DNA of 64,000 nucleotides. Origin: an uncultured Candidatus Binatia bacterium. GTDB taxonomy: Bacteria; Desulfobacterota; Binatia; Bin18. The translations under genes and the position numbers were made by a program. The stretch is taken from assembly GCA_965214605.1 (NCBI GenBank), contig OZ243961.1, forward strand, positions 64,001-128,000, in the 5' to 3' direction. A model generated the notes under the pieces. The model had not been told where the DNA came from, did not search any database, and saw only the letters and a program-made list of their open reading frames with translations. Positions 29,245-38,882 of the stretch are shown here, piece after piece. Positions within the stretch are counted from its first letter, which is position 1; each line of letters starts with the position of its first letter.

Positions 29245-30372
29245 ATGACTATGGGGATACAGGACGGCTATGTTTCGGCCGACGGCCATGTTGTCGAGCC
29301 CCGAGATCTGTGGACTAGGCGGATGGACAAACGTTTTCGCCAACGTGCGCCACGGGTCGAGTCTCGGCCCGAAGCCGACTATTACCTGATCGATGGCTTG
29401 GCTCCGCTGCCGGTCGGGCTGGAAGGAGTGATGCTTGAAGAGAAAATCGCCGGTGAAATTCGCTCCTCGCTCGGACACCGATATGCCGATACCCGGCCGG
29501 GGGCTTGGGATCCCCAGGCCCGTTTAGCCGATCAGGACTTAGACCACGTCCGGGCCGAGGTGATTTATCCCGGTATGCTGGGCCTCCACTTCTTCTATAT
29601 CCGCGACGCCGAATACCAACGAGAAGTAATGCGGGTGTATAACGACTGGCTGGCTGAGTTCTGTGCCAGCGCCCCGCACCGCCTGTTGGGAACAGCGTTT
29701 TTGCCGCTGCGTGGACCGATTGAGTGGGCGTGTGCAGAGGCCCGACGGATTGCTCAACTTGGGTTGCGGGCCGTCTCAATTCCGGGCGAGGTCGAGGAGC
29801 GTCCTTACTCGCATCCCGACTATCGGCCGCTGTGGGTGACCTTGCAGGAGCTGGGCCTGCCGGTCTCGACCCACGCCGGGACCGGGACCGGAGAAGAGCT
29901 CCTGGTGAAGTGCGATCGGGTCGGTTTTGGCGTGGGCTTGGTTGACGGGAAGATCGGGATGATTATGCGGGCGATGGCCGATCTGCTCTGGAGCGCGGTG
30001 CCGCAACGTTATCCCCAGCTCCGTTTTGTGCTCGCCGAGGGGGGGATTGGCTGGATTGCCTCGGTCCTGACCTATATGGATCACTGGTGGCAGGACCACC
30101 GGCGCTGGATGGAGCCCCGACTTGAGGAAGCGCCAAGCTTCTATTTTCGACGCCAGTTTTGGGCCACCTTTGAGGATGACCGAGCGGGGATTCTGACCCG
30201 CGAGCTGCTCGGTGTGGAGCGTCTGATGTGGGGGGCGGACTATCCCCATACCGAGGGGACGTTTCCTTGCTCACAGGGGCAGATCGCGCGGGATTTTGCC
30301 GGAGTTCCAGAAGATGAGGTGTACCAGATGGTGGCGGGCAATGCAGCCCGGTTATACGGGCTGGACAGTTAA
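29245..30372 (+). CDS. Amidohydrolase family protein (Amidohydro_2)
   Basis: SADGHVVEP, VYNDWLAEF, AEGGIGW, MWGADYPH. Confidence 0.93.
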   Translation: MTMGIQDGYVSADGHVVEPRDLWTRRMDKRFRQRAPRVESRPEADYYLIDGLAPLPVGLEGVMLEEKIAGEIRSSLGHRYADTRPGAWDPQARLADQDLDHVRAEVIYPGMLGLHFFYIRDAEYQREVMRVYNDWLAEFCASAPHRLLGTAFLPLRGPIEWACAEARRIAQLGLRAVSIPGEVEERPYSHPDYRPLWVTLQELGLPVSTHAGTGTGEELLVKCDRVGFGVGLVDGKIGMIMRAMADLLWSAVPQRYPQLRFVLAEGGIGWIASVLTYMDHWWQDHRRWMEPRLEEAPSFYFRRQFWATFEDDRAGILTRELLGVERLMWGADYPHTEGTFPCSQGQIARDFAGVPEDEVYQMVAGNAARLYGLDS

Positions 30373-30479
30373 CGGAGCGCCCGTCGAACGGCTTGTGGGC
30401 TGAAAAGCGCCCCCGATGTGGTTGTCCGGACCGTTCACGACCGGGAGAAGGACCCACCCAGACACGTTAAGGATGGGCT

Positions 30480-32402
30480 GTGGGAGCTCAAGACGTACAG
30501 CACGACAACGATGCCGCCCAACGCCGCAGCTTCATCTCGCACTTGCTGCGTGATGTCCGTGCGCTGGAACACATGCTTGGCGAGGGGATGATCGAGTCCG
30601 ACGTTCACCGAATCGGGGCGGAGCAAGAACTCTTTTTGGTGGACAGCACCCGGCGTCCGGCGCCGCTTGCGCTCGAAATTCTGGAGCGGATCAAGGACCC
30701 GCACTACACTACAGAGTTGGGGCTCTTTAACCTCGAGATTAATCTTGATCCCTTGGCCTTTCGGACCGACTGCCTGCGTCAACTCGATCGCCAGCTCAAC
30801 ACCTTGCTGGCCAAAGTCAGAGCCGTCGCCCAGCAGTCTGGGGCCGAGCTTGTGCTGACCGGGATTTTGCCGACGCTGCGGAAGTCTGACCTCGCGCTGA
30901 GCAATATGACCCCTAAGCCACGCTATCGGGAGCTGAATACGGCCCTCGGCCAACTCCGTGGAGGCGATTACGAATTTCAACTCAAAGGGGTGGATGAACT
31001 GAACGTCAAACATGACTCGGTCATGCTAGAAGCGGGCTGCACCAGTTTCCAAGTCCATTACCAAGTCGGGCCGGCAGAGTTTGCCCAGTGTTATAACATT
31101 GCCCAAGCCATCACCGCCCCACTCCTGGCCGTGGCCACCAACTCGCCGCTCCTGTTTGGACGTCGGCTGTGGCAGGAAACGCGGATTCCGCTGTTTCAGC
31201 AGGCGGTTGATACGCGTAGCGCGTGTCATTATATGCGTGAGCGTGCCCCTCGGGTCAGCTTTGGGCAGCAGTGGGTGCACCGCTCTATATTGGAACTGAT
31301 CCAGGAAGATTTGGCCCGTTTTCGAGTCCTGCTAGGGACGTCGTTACAAGAGGATTCCTGGAGCGTGCTCGGGCAGGGCGGACTGCCCGGCTTACAGGCC
31401 CTGCGTATCCATACCGGAACAGTCTATCGCTGGAATAGGGGCTGCTTTGGCATTGGTGGGGGCAAGGCCCATATCCGGATTGAGAACCGCGTCCTTCCGG
31501 CCGGCCCAACGGTTGTTGACGAAGTGGCCAATGCGGCCTTCTTCCTCGGTTTACTCCGTGGCGGGCAGGACAGCTATGGGGATATCACCAAAAAAATGCC
31601 CTTCCACCATGCTGAGGCCAACTTTCTGGCTGCGGCTCAGATGGGGCTCGACGCCCAGTTTACCTGGCTCAACGGGAAAAGTATGCTCGCCCGCGAGCTG
31701 ATCGCCCGGGACTTACTCCCGCTGGCTCAGCACGGACTACGCACGGCAGGCCTGGACAGTGCGGACATTGATCATTACCTCGGCGTGATAGAGCAACGGG
31801 TGGCCTTGAACAGAACAGGCGCGTCTTGGTTGCTCCGCTCTTTGGCCGATATGCGGGGGACCGACACCCAGGAGGCACGGCTGAGCGCGCTCACCGCGGC
31901 TATCGTCCATCGCCAATGGGAGGGAGTACCCGTACATGAATGGCCGCCCGCCGAGCTAGAAGAAGGCCGTGGCGCACGGCTGCAAGCCTTACGCATTGAA
32001 GAATTTATGACCACCGATCTGTTTACCGTCCATCCCGATGAGCCGCTCGACCTGGTAGCCAATCTGATGGACTGGCAACGGATTCGTCACATCCCGGTTG
32101 AGGATGAGCAGGGTGAGCTGGTCGGCCTAATCTCGTGCTTTGAGGTCCTGCGTCACGGGCTGTCTCAGACCGACCGCGACCCGCTGCCGGTCAGCGCAGT
32201 GATGCAGCACAACCCGATTACGCTTCCTCCGGAAACCCTGGTCCTGGACGCGGTTGCCCGGATGCGGCAAGAAAACAGTGATTATTTGCTCGTGGTCAAA
32301 CACGAGCGTTTGGTTGGTATTGTAACAGAGCGTGATATTCTTAATATGACGGCCCGGCTGCTTGAACAGTCCGGCCAGGAGTCGGCCGCGCATGACGCAT
32401 AA
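30480..32402 (+). CDS. Glutamate-cysteine ligase family 2 (GCS2) carboxylate-amine ligase fused to a C-terminal CBS pair
   Basis: IGAEQELFLVD, TELGLFNLEIN, SFQVH, NSPLLFG, RIENR; CBS motifs FMTTDLFTV...RHIPV and LVGIVTERD. Confidence 0.88.
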   Translation: MGAQDVQHDNDAAQRRSFISHLLRDVRALEHMLGEGMIESDVHRIGAEQELFLVDSTRRPAPLALEILERIKDPHYTTELGLFNLEINLDPLAFRTDCLRQLDRQLNTLLAKVRAVAQQSGAELVLTGILPTLRKSDLALSNMTPKPRYRELNTALGQLRGGDYEFQLKGVDELNVKHDSVMLEAGCTSFQVHYQVGPAEFAQCYNIAQAITAPLLAVATNSPLLFGRRLWQETRIPLFQQAVDTRSACHYMRERAPRVSFGQQWVHRSILELIQEDLARFRVLLGTSLQEDSWSVLGQGGLPGLQALRIHTGTVYRWNRGCFGIGGGKAHIRIENRVLPAGPTVVDEVANAAFFLGLLRGGQDSYGDITKKMPFHHAEANFLAAAQMGLDAQFTWLNGKSMLARELIARDLLPLAQHGLRTAGLDSADIDHYLGVIEQRVALNRTGASWLLRSLADMRGTDTQEARLSALTAAIVHRQWEGVPVHEWPPAELEEGRGARLQALRIEEFMTTDLFTVHPDEPLDLVANLMDWQRIRHIPVEDEQGELVGLISCFEVLRHGLSQTDRDPLPVSAVMQHNPITLPPETLVLDAVARMRQENSDYLLVVKHERLVGIVTERDILNMTARLLEQSGQESAAHDA

Positions 32403-33558
32403 GCCCCCAGCCCAGGCATCCGTCTTTCCTCGGGTGCTCAGCAGCTATGGCGGGTACGCCGCCGGGCCGTTGGTGCTGAGCATCGGAGGGATGCACGGCA
32501 ATGAGCCGGCCGGGGTGTTTGCCCTGCGGCAGGTGCTGCAAAGCCTACACAAGTCAAACCTGCCCTTTCGGGGCACGTTTGTTGGCCTGACCGGGAACCG
32601 AGCGGCCCTGGCCCGTGGCTGTCGATATATTGATGAGGATTTCAACCGGGTGTGGTTGCCCGAGCGTCTTCAGGCGCTGAAGCAGCGGCCCGCCGACGCC
32701 AGCTCGGAAGACACCGAGCAGCGCGAACTGCTGGCGGCGATTGAAACTCAGCTGGCCCAACGCCACGGGCCGGTTGTTTTTCTGGACTTACACACCACCT
32801 CTGCCGCGGGGAGGCCGTTTGTGGTGATTGGAGATTCGCTTCTCAATCGTCGCTTTGCGTTTCGCCTCCAGGCCCCGGTGATCCTCGGTTTAGAAGAACA
32901 GCTTGAGGGAACGCTGCTGAATTATCTGAGCGACCAGGGCTATATCGCTCTCGGCTTTGAGGGGGGGCAGCACGCTTCGCCGGCAGCGGTAGAGAACCAT
33001 ACCGCGACAATCTGGAGTGTGTTGGCAACCGCGGGCTGCATGTCGCCACCCGCTCTGTCCGAACTGAGCGGTGGTCGTCTGCCGTCATCCGCCCCCCCGC
33101 TCCCTCCGGTATTAGAAATTCGCCATCATCATCTGATCCAAGCCGGCGATAACTTTGTCATGCAGCCCGGCTTCACAAATCTCCAGCCGGTTCAGCGCGG
33201 CCAGCTCTTGGCCCATGATCGCCACGGGCCGATTCGGGCCGCCGAGTCTGGGCAGATCCTCATGCCGCTCTATCAGGGACAGGGGACGGACGGATTTTTC
33301 TTGGTCAGAGGGGTGCGGACGGTGTGGCTGCGTCTCGCGGCGTGGCTCCGCCGGCTGCGGCTTGAACGGCTGGTCATGGTTTTGCCCGGCGTACGTCCCC
33401 ACCCTGAGCAGACCGCCACGCTGGTTGTTGATCCACGTATTGCACGTTGGTTCGGGCTGGAGCTGTTCCACCTGCTGGGCTTTCGGAAAAGACGCTCACA
33501 AGCCGGCAAACTCATCGTCAGCCGGCGCTGGCATGAGCCGACTGTGTTTGAGGACTGA
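32392..33558 (+). CDS. Succinylglutamate desuccinylase / aspartoacylase (M14) family protein
   Basis: GGMHGNEPAG, DFNR, LDLHT, FEGG; overlaps the ligase stop. Confidence 0.9.
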   Translation: MTHKPPAQASVFPRVLSSYGGYAAGPLVLSIGGMHGNEPAGVFALRQVLQSLHKSNLPFRGTFVGLTGNRAALARGCRYIDEDFNRVWLPERLQALKQRPADASSEDTEQRELLAAIETQLAQRHGPVVFLDLHTTSAAGRPFVVIGDSLLNRRFAFRLQAPVILGLEEQLEGTLLNYLSDQGYIALGFEGGQHASPAAVENHTATIWSVLATAGCMSPPALSELSGGRLPSSAPPLPPVLEIRHHHLIQAGDNFVMQPGFTNLQPVQRGQLLAHDRHGPIRAAESGQILMPLYQGQGTDGFFLVRGVRTVWLRLAAWLRRLRLERLVMVLPGVRPHPEQTATLVVDPRIARWFGLELFHLLGFRKRRSQAGKLIVSRRWHEPTVFED

Positions 33559-33598
33559 GCCCCCTAGGGTTGGACGCTCAGCGTAGTAAGGATACAGC

Positions 33599-34048
33599 AT
33601 GAAAGTCAAAGACCTGATGCAGACCGATCTCGTCACGCTCCGCACGAACGATACCCTCGACGTTGCCGAAGACATCATGGGCATGGGTCGGTTCCGGCAT
33701 CTGCCCGTCGTCCAGGCCGATGACCGACTGGTCGGTATCGTCTCCCAACGAGACCTGCTGCGGGCTGCGGTATCGTCGTTGTTAAAAGCCTCACCCTATA
33801 AGCAGCAGCGGTGGCTGAGTCAGGTTGCCGTTCGGGATGTGATGTCGAAAAGCGTGGTGGCCGTCGAAGTGGACGCGGATATTGAGGACGCTCTTCAGGT
33901 GCTGTTGATCGAAAAATTTGGCTGTTTGCCGGTGATTGAGAAAAAGAAACTGGTCGGCATTCTGACCGACAGCGATCTCTTGGAGTATTTGCAGCGTCTG
34001 TTGCGAGAGGGCAAAGCCACAAAGAAGAGGTCGAAAAAGGACGGCTGA
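33599..34048 (+). CDS. CBS domain protein
   Basis: VKDLM, FRHLPVV, LVGIVSQRDL, GCLPV, LVGILTDSD. Confidence 0.93.
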   Translation: MKVKDLMQTDLVTLRTNDTLDVAEDIMGMGRFRHLPVVQADDRLVGIVSQRDLLRAAVSSLLKASPYKQQRWLSQVAVRDVMSKSVVAVEVDADIEDALQVLLIEKFGCLPVIEKKKLVGILTDSDLLEYLQRLLREGKATKKRSKKDG

Positions 34049-34105
34049 GCCACATCGGCCCAGCCGTCCTGTGGACAGGGGGGTGTGTGGAACGGCGGCC
34101 CTGTT

Positions 34106-35020
34106 TTACTGGTGGAGGGCCAACACTGGGCAGCCCGCCTGGCGCATCATCTTTTCGGTGATGCTGCTCAGCAGGAGGTGGAACATACCGCTAAACCCGT
34201 GGGTTGCCATCACCAACAGGTCCGCCCCGATGGATTTCTCCGTTTCGATGATTGCCCGACCCGGATCGTCGCTCACGTGTAGCTCGATCTGGGCGTGGAC
34301 TCCACCCAAATAGGTCTGGGTCAGTTCTTCGAGCTTTTGCCGCGCGACGTTTTCGGCATACACATGATCGGCCGGAGCTTGGGGGCTAGCGCGGTACACC
34401 TCGCGGAGCAGTAAGTCGCTATCCGCAGCTGGAACAACGTGCAAGGGATAGACGGTTGCCCCATACTGCTCGGCAATCTGACGGGCGTAGTTCAGGGCCG
34501 TGCCTGACTGCTCTGTAATATCGACCGGCACCAAAATTTTCTGAAAGGACCGGGACTCAGACATGTGCTCGCCGTGCCGAGAGATAAAGACCGGGACGGT
34601 GGTTTCACGAACAACCTTCTCTGCTACGCTGCCCAGAATCAGGTGCGCCAGGCCTGTCCGTCCGTGGGTCGCCATCACAACAAGGTCTGCGCCGATATCC
34701 TTCCGGGCCTCAAGGATACCGACCGCAGGATCGCTGTTGAGACGGGTGAGGATTTCATACCGGGTCTCGTTCAGGTGTGCTTGGGCCAGGGCTTGTAATT
34801 TTTCGCGGGAGATCTTCTCTGCCCAATCCTGATCTGCACCGCCGCCTCTCTCAGGCTCATATACCCGCCGTAAGAGGTGGAATTCGTCAGTTGGGACAAC
34901 ATGGAGCAGAGAGACGCTGCCGTCGTTCCGCTGGGCAAAATGTCTGGCGTATTCGAGTGCCTCTTGAGATGTTTCATCAAAATAGACCGGACTCAGAATC
35001 TTGCGAAATAATTCGGGCAT
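34106..35020 (-). CDS. Universal stress protein (tandem USP domains)
   Basis: KILSPVYF / KILVPVD, two ADL.VMATHG motifs, LGSVAEKVVR; AAGGAGG RBS. Confidence 0.93.
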   Translation of the reverse strand: MPELFRKILSPVYFDETSQEALEYARHFAQRNDGSVSLLHVVPTDEFHLLRRVYEPERGGGADQDWAEKISREKLQALAQAHLNETRYEILTRLNSDPAVGILEARKDIGADLVVMATHGRTGLAHLILGSVAEKVVRETTVPVFISRHGEHMSESRSFQKILVPVDITEQSGTALNYARQIAEQYGATVYPLHVVPAADSDLLLREVYRASPQAPADHVYAENVARQKLEELTQTYLGGVHAQIELHVSDDPGRAIIETEKSIGADLLVMATHGFSGMFHLLLSSITEKMMRQAGCPVLALHQ

Positions 35021-35205
35021 AGATGTGTCCTCCTTCGCGTATGCGCCGGGTGTGCCACTCCTAGAAAAAAATGAGGTAGAACGTATACTACTCATACTAA
35101 AGGGGAGAGCGTGTCAAAAGTCAATCTGGACGATTTCAGAAAATGCCAGGAGCGCGCTGGGTGACACGCAGTCCGCCCGACCGGCGCAAGACTAAGGAGG
35201 TTGGT

Positions 35206-35613
35206 ATGAAAGCTGTCAGGGAGATAATGAACACCGAGGTGACGACCCTGGGGCGCAACGATACGCTCCAACTCGCTCAGGACATCATGAACCTGGGCCG
35301 CGTGCGTCATTTTCCGGTCCTTGAGGATGGCGAGGTGGTGGGAGTGATGAGCCAGCGCGACTTGTATAAGGCTTCGCTGGGGTCGGTGATGAAGTATGGC
35401 GAGAAGGCCCAACGGGAGTTCCTCGACACCATCGCCGTCAAAGAAGTCATGAAATATCCCCCCATTACGATTGCTCCACAGACATCGGTCCAGGAAGCCG
35501 CCCGGCTGATGCTGAAGGAGAGGGTTGGCTGTCTGCCGGTCCTCGACAACAACGAGCTCGTCGGTATCGTGACCGAGACCGATATGCTTCAGCTGGTGAC
35601 GGAGATGGACTAG
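35206..35613 (+). CDS. CBS domain protein (paralog of 33599-34048)
   Basis: VREIM, VRHFPV, SQRDL, GCLPV, LVGIVTETD; AAGGAGG RBS. Confidence 0.93.
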   Translation: MKAVREIMNTEVTTLGRNDTLQLAQDIMNLGRVRHFPVLEDGEVVGVMSQRDLYKASLGSVMKYGEKAQREFLDTIAVKEVMKYPPITIAPQTSVQEAARLMLKERVGCLPVLDNNELVGIVTETDMLQLVTEMD

Positions 35614-35647
35614 GGGCGGCTCATACAGATGCTGAGGAGGAAGAGCG

Positions 35648-35995
35648 ATGGACGAAAAAGATCGATTAGGCCAATTCTTGGACAAAAAAGAGCGCGCCGA
35701 GGAAAATCGGTTTTTCGCCGAGCGCGACCGGGAGCTGATCGAACAGCTCAGGCAAAAAAAGGCCGACGAAGAGGAGCAGCTCTTTCGCGAACTCGTCCAC
35801 CTACGTTGCCCGCGGTGTGGGGCACGACTTGGTCAGCGGGAGATCCATGAGATCACGATTGATGAGTGTCCGGAATGTCAGGGGCTCTGGCTTGATAAGG
35901 GCGAACTGGAAGCGCTCTCCAAACATCGGGGCGGTGAGTGGATCGCACAATTCATGGAGCGCCTCACCCACCTCTTGTCCCGTCCGGACAAATAG
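35648..35995 (+). CDS. zf-TFIIB Zn-ribbon protein with an IF1-like N-terminal helix
   Basis: CPRCG...IDECPECQGLWLDKGEL; N-terminus KKERAEENRFFAERDRELIEQLR. Confidence 0.85.
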   Translation: MDEKDRLGQFLDKKERAEENRFFAERDRELIEQLRQKKADEEEQLFRELVHLRCPRCGARLGQREIHEITIDECPECQGLWLDKGELEALSKHRGGEWIAQFMERLTHLLSRPDK

Positions 35996-36129
35996 CGCGC
36001 CGGGGGAATGGAACGCTGTTGCGGCTGAACAGACCGTTAGCACGCTCCATTGAGGAGTAGCGCTGCCGTCTCGACATTGGGATACTGAACTGAGTTCGCC
36101 GGACTCTGTTTTGTCGGAGGAGTGAGAGC

Positions 36130-38430
36130 TTGCGTCTGCTATGGACCCTGCTTGCCGGTGTACTCATCGGCTCATTCGTCGCCCTGCTGTACTACGGACG
36201 CGAAGTCTATCAGATGGCGCCGCCGGTGCCTGAGCGGGTTGTGATTGCCGGCTCAGACCGCGGGGCGCTTTTCACCGGTGATGACATTCGGGCTGGCCAG
36301 GACGTTTGGCGCTCGATTGGGGGCCATAATCTGGGATCAATCTGGGGCCATGGCGCCTATGCCGCACCGGACTGGACCGCGGACTGGCTGCATCGGGAGG
36401 CGGTCTGGCTACTGGACTATTGGGCCCGCCAGGAAGGCGAGGGCAGCTATGACACCCTCGGACCCGAGCGTCAGGCCGCGCTGCGGGTGCGCCTCCAGGC
36501 GGAGCTGCGTACAAACACCTATGACCCACGCACCCAAACGCTGACCGTATCGGCCCTCCGGGCTCAGGCCATTGACGCCGTTCAGGCGCACTACCTCGGT
36601 CTGTTCAGGACCGATCCCCAGTATGACAGCTTACGTGAGAGCTACGCCATGCCAGCCGGGACGGTGGCTAGCGACGAACTCGCTTCCCAGCTCACCGTCT
36701 TCTTTTTTTGGGCGACCTGGGCGTGTGTGACCGAGCGCCCTAACCACGACATCACCTATACCCACAACTGGCCACCAGAAGCCCTGGTTGGGAATGTTCC
36801 GACCGGCACCCTCCTTGTGGTGTCGGTCGCCAGTTTTGTGCTCCTCCTAGGAGGGATTGGCGCCTTGGCCTGGTTTTATGCCGCCAGGCGTGATTTCTGG
36901 CGCAACGCCCACGAACGACCGCCCACCGATCCACTGCTCAATCTTGAGTTGACGCCTTCAATGCGGGCAACCCACAAATACTTCTGGGTTGTTGGGACGC
37001 TGTTGTTGGCTCAGATGATAACCGGCGTCGTTACCGCCCACTATGGAGTAGAAGGCACGGCGCTGTACGGTATTCCTCTTGCCGAGTGGCTGCCGTACTC
37101 TCTGGCCCGCACCTGGCACGTCCAGCTCGGTATTTTTTGGATCGCGACGGCCTGGCTGGCGACCGGTCTGTGTCTCGCCCCCAGCATAGCTGGACGCGAG
37201 CCGCGCTTTCAACGGCTAGGGGTCAACGGTCTTTTTGTCGCCCTGGCGATTGTGGTTGCCGGCTCGATGGTCGGCCAAGCCCTGGCCATCCACCATCAGC
37301 TCGAAGGTGGGACAAACTTCTGGTTTGGCCATCAGGGCTATGAGTATGTCGAGCTCGGACGTTTCTGGCAGGTGTTGCTTGCGCTGGGCCTGTTTTTGTG
37401 GGTCGGGCTGATGCTCCGTGCGCTGTGGCCAGCCCTCCAGACCGCCCACGGGGCAAACAAGCAGCTGCTCAGCATCTTTATCCTCGCGGCGGGCGCTATC
37501 GCGCTGTTCTACACCGCTGGCCTAATGTGGGGACGGCATACCAACCTGGCGCTTGCCGAGTATTGGCGCTGGTGGGTCGTTCACCTGTGGGTAGAAGGAT
37601 TCTTTGAGGTCTTTGCAGTAACAGTCATCGCGTTTATGTTTACCCGCCTGGGGCTCGTCCGGGTTCGCGCGGCGACCATGGCCGTGCTGTTCACCACCAT
37701 TCTGTATCTCGTTGGTGGTATCCTGGGCATGTTCCACCACCTCTACTTTACCGGCACCACCCCGATCATTCTGGTCTTGGGTGGAACGTTTAGTGCCCTG
37801 GAACTGATGCCGCTGGTGTTGATCGGCTTTGAAGCCTATGAGAACTGGTCGATGGCGCGTTTGGCCCCGTGGGTGCGCAACTACAAGTGGCCTATTTACT
37901 GGTTTGTGGCGGTGGCGTTCTGGAATTTAGTCGGAGCCGGGCTGTTTGGCTTTTTGATCAATCCGCCCATTGCTCTATACTATATGCAAGGGCTTAACAC
38001 CACACCGGTCCACGGCCACGCCGCCCTGTTTGGGGTGTATGGCATGCTGGGAATCGGCCTGTGCCTCCTCAGTCTACGGATTCTCAGCCTGCGGCAGGAG
38101 TGGAAGACCACGGCCCTTAGCTTTGCCTTCTGGGCCATGAACCTTGGGATGGGACTCCAGATCCTGCTCAGCCTCTTACCGGTCGGACTTGCCCAGACGT
38201 GGGCTAGCGTAGAGCACGGGATGTGGTATGCCCGTTCGGCGGAGTTCTTGCAAACTCCGCCTCTGGAAATGTTCCGTTGGCTTCGGGTGGTCGGTGACAC
38301 GCTGCTGGCACTCGGGATACTGGCCTTTGGCTGGTTTCACCTTGGTCTGACGACCGGCTGGTCTATCACCGGCCTGCGACGTGATATTGGTGACTATGCA
38401 GTAAGCGTATCACAAGAAAGGAATGAGTGA
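36130..38430 (+). CDS. norB: Quinol-dependent nitric oxide reductase (qNOR)
   Basis: GSIWGHGAY.APDWTADWLH, GYEYVELGR, WWVVHLWVEGFFE, FHHLYF, HGHAALFGVYG; 766-aa single subunit. Confidence 0.95.
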   Translation: MRLLWTLLAGVLIGSFVALLYYGREVYQMAPPVPERVVIAGSDRGALFTGDDIRAGQDVWRSIGGHNLGSIWGHGAYAAPDWTADWLHREAVWLLDYWARQEGEGSYDTLGPERQAALRVRLQAELRTNTYDPRTQTLTVSALRAQAIDAVQAHYLGLFRTDPQYDSLRESYAMPAGTVASDELASQLTVFFFWATWACVTERPNHDITYTHNWPPEALVGNVPTGTLLVVSVASFVLLLGGIGALAWFYAARRDFWRNAHERPPTDPLLNLELTPSMRATHKYFWVVGTLLLAQMITGVVTAHYGVEGTALYGIPLAEWLPYSLARTWHVQLGIFWIATAWLATGLCLAPSIAGREPRFQRLGVNGLFVALAIVVAGSMVGQALAIHHQLEGGTNFWFGHQGYEYVELGRFWQVLLALGLFLWVGLMLRALWPALQTAHGANKQLLSIFILAAGAIALFYTAGLMWGRHTNLALAEYWRWWVVHLWVEGFFEVFAVTVIAFMFTRLGLVRVRAATMAVLFTTILYLVGGILGMFHHLYFTGTTPIILVLGGTFSALELMPLVLIGFEAYENWSMARLAPWVRNYKWPIYWFVAVAFWNLVGAGLFGFLINPPIALYYMQGLNTTPVHGHAALFGVYGMLGIGLCLLSLRILSLRQEWKTTALSFAFWAMNLGMGLQILLSLLPVGLAQTWASVEHGMWYARSAEFLQTPPLEMFRWLRVVGDTLLALGILAFGWFHLGLTTGWSITGLRRDIGDYAVSVSQERNE

Positions 38431-38882
38431 TGACTATCGACTCAATTCTGGTGCCAACCGATTTCTCCGAGTATTCGGACCGGGCCTTTGCCTGGGCACT
38501 TGAGATGGCCGACAAGTGGCAGGCCACGCTTGAGTTGCTCCACGTTGTCCCTACGCCTACCTACCCGCCAATGATGATTGGTGAGAGCGGGTTTAATGCG
38601 GCCGACTATGAGAGCAGCCTGAAGGATGACGCCGAGAAACAGATCGCGGCGACGGCCGACCGGGCCGAGAAGCCGGGGATCGCGATCAAGACCATGGTCG
38701 TGGTTGGCTCACCGTTTCACGATATCTGTACAATCGCCAAACAGGCCAAGAGCGATCTGATCGTAGTGGGCTCACATGGCCGGACAGGCTTAAGCCATGT
38801 CCTGCTCGGCAGTGTGGCCGAGCGGGTGGTCCGTCACGCTCCGTGCCCGGTCTTAGTAGTAGGCAGAGAAGCCCAGTCTTAG
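38430..38882 (+). CDS. Universal stress protein
   Basis: ILVPTDFS, GSHGRTG, LGSVAERVVRHAPCPVL; coupled to the qNOR stop. Confidence 0.95.
   Translation: MTIDSILVPTDFSEYSDRAFAWALEMADKWQATLELLHVVPTPTYPPMMIGESGFNAADYESSLKDDAEKQIAATADRAEKPGIAIKTMVVVGSPFHDICTIAKQAKSDLIVVGSHGRTGLSHVLLGSVAERVVRHAPCPVLVVGREAQS

Noticed and set aside
35110-35123. FNR/DNR box between the USP and CBS genes
   Set aside because: gtgtc-aaaa-gtcaa matches only one half-site well and is equally explained as a -35 element.
36130-38430. NO dismutase (Nod) instead of qNOR
   Set aside because: The canonical HLWVEGFFE and HH ligands are intact; Nod-type substitutions are absent.
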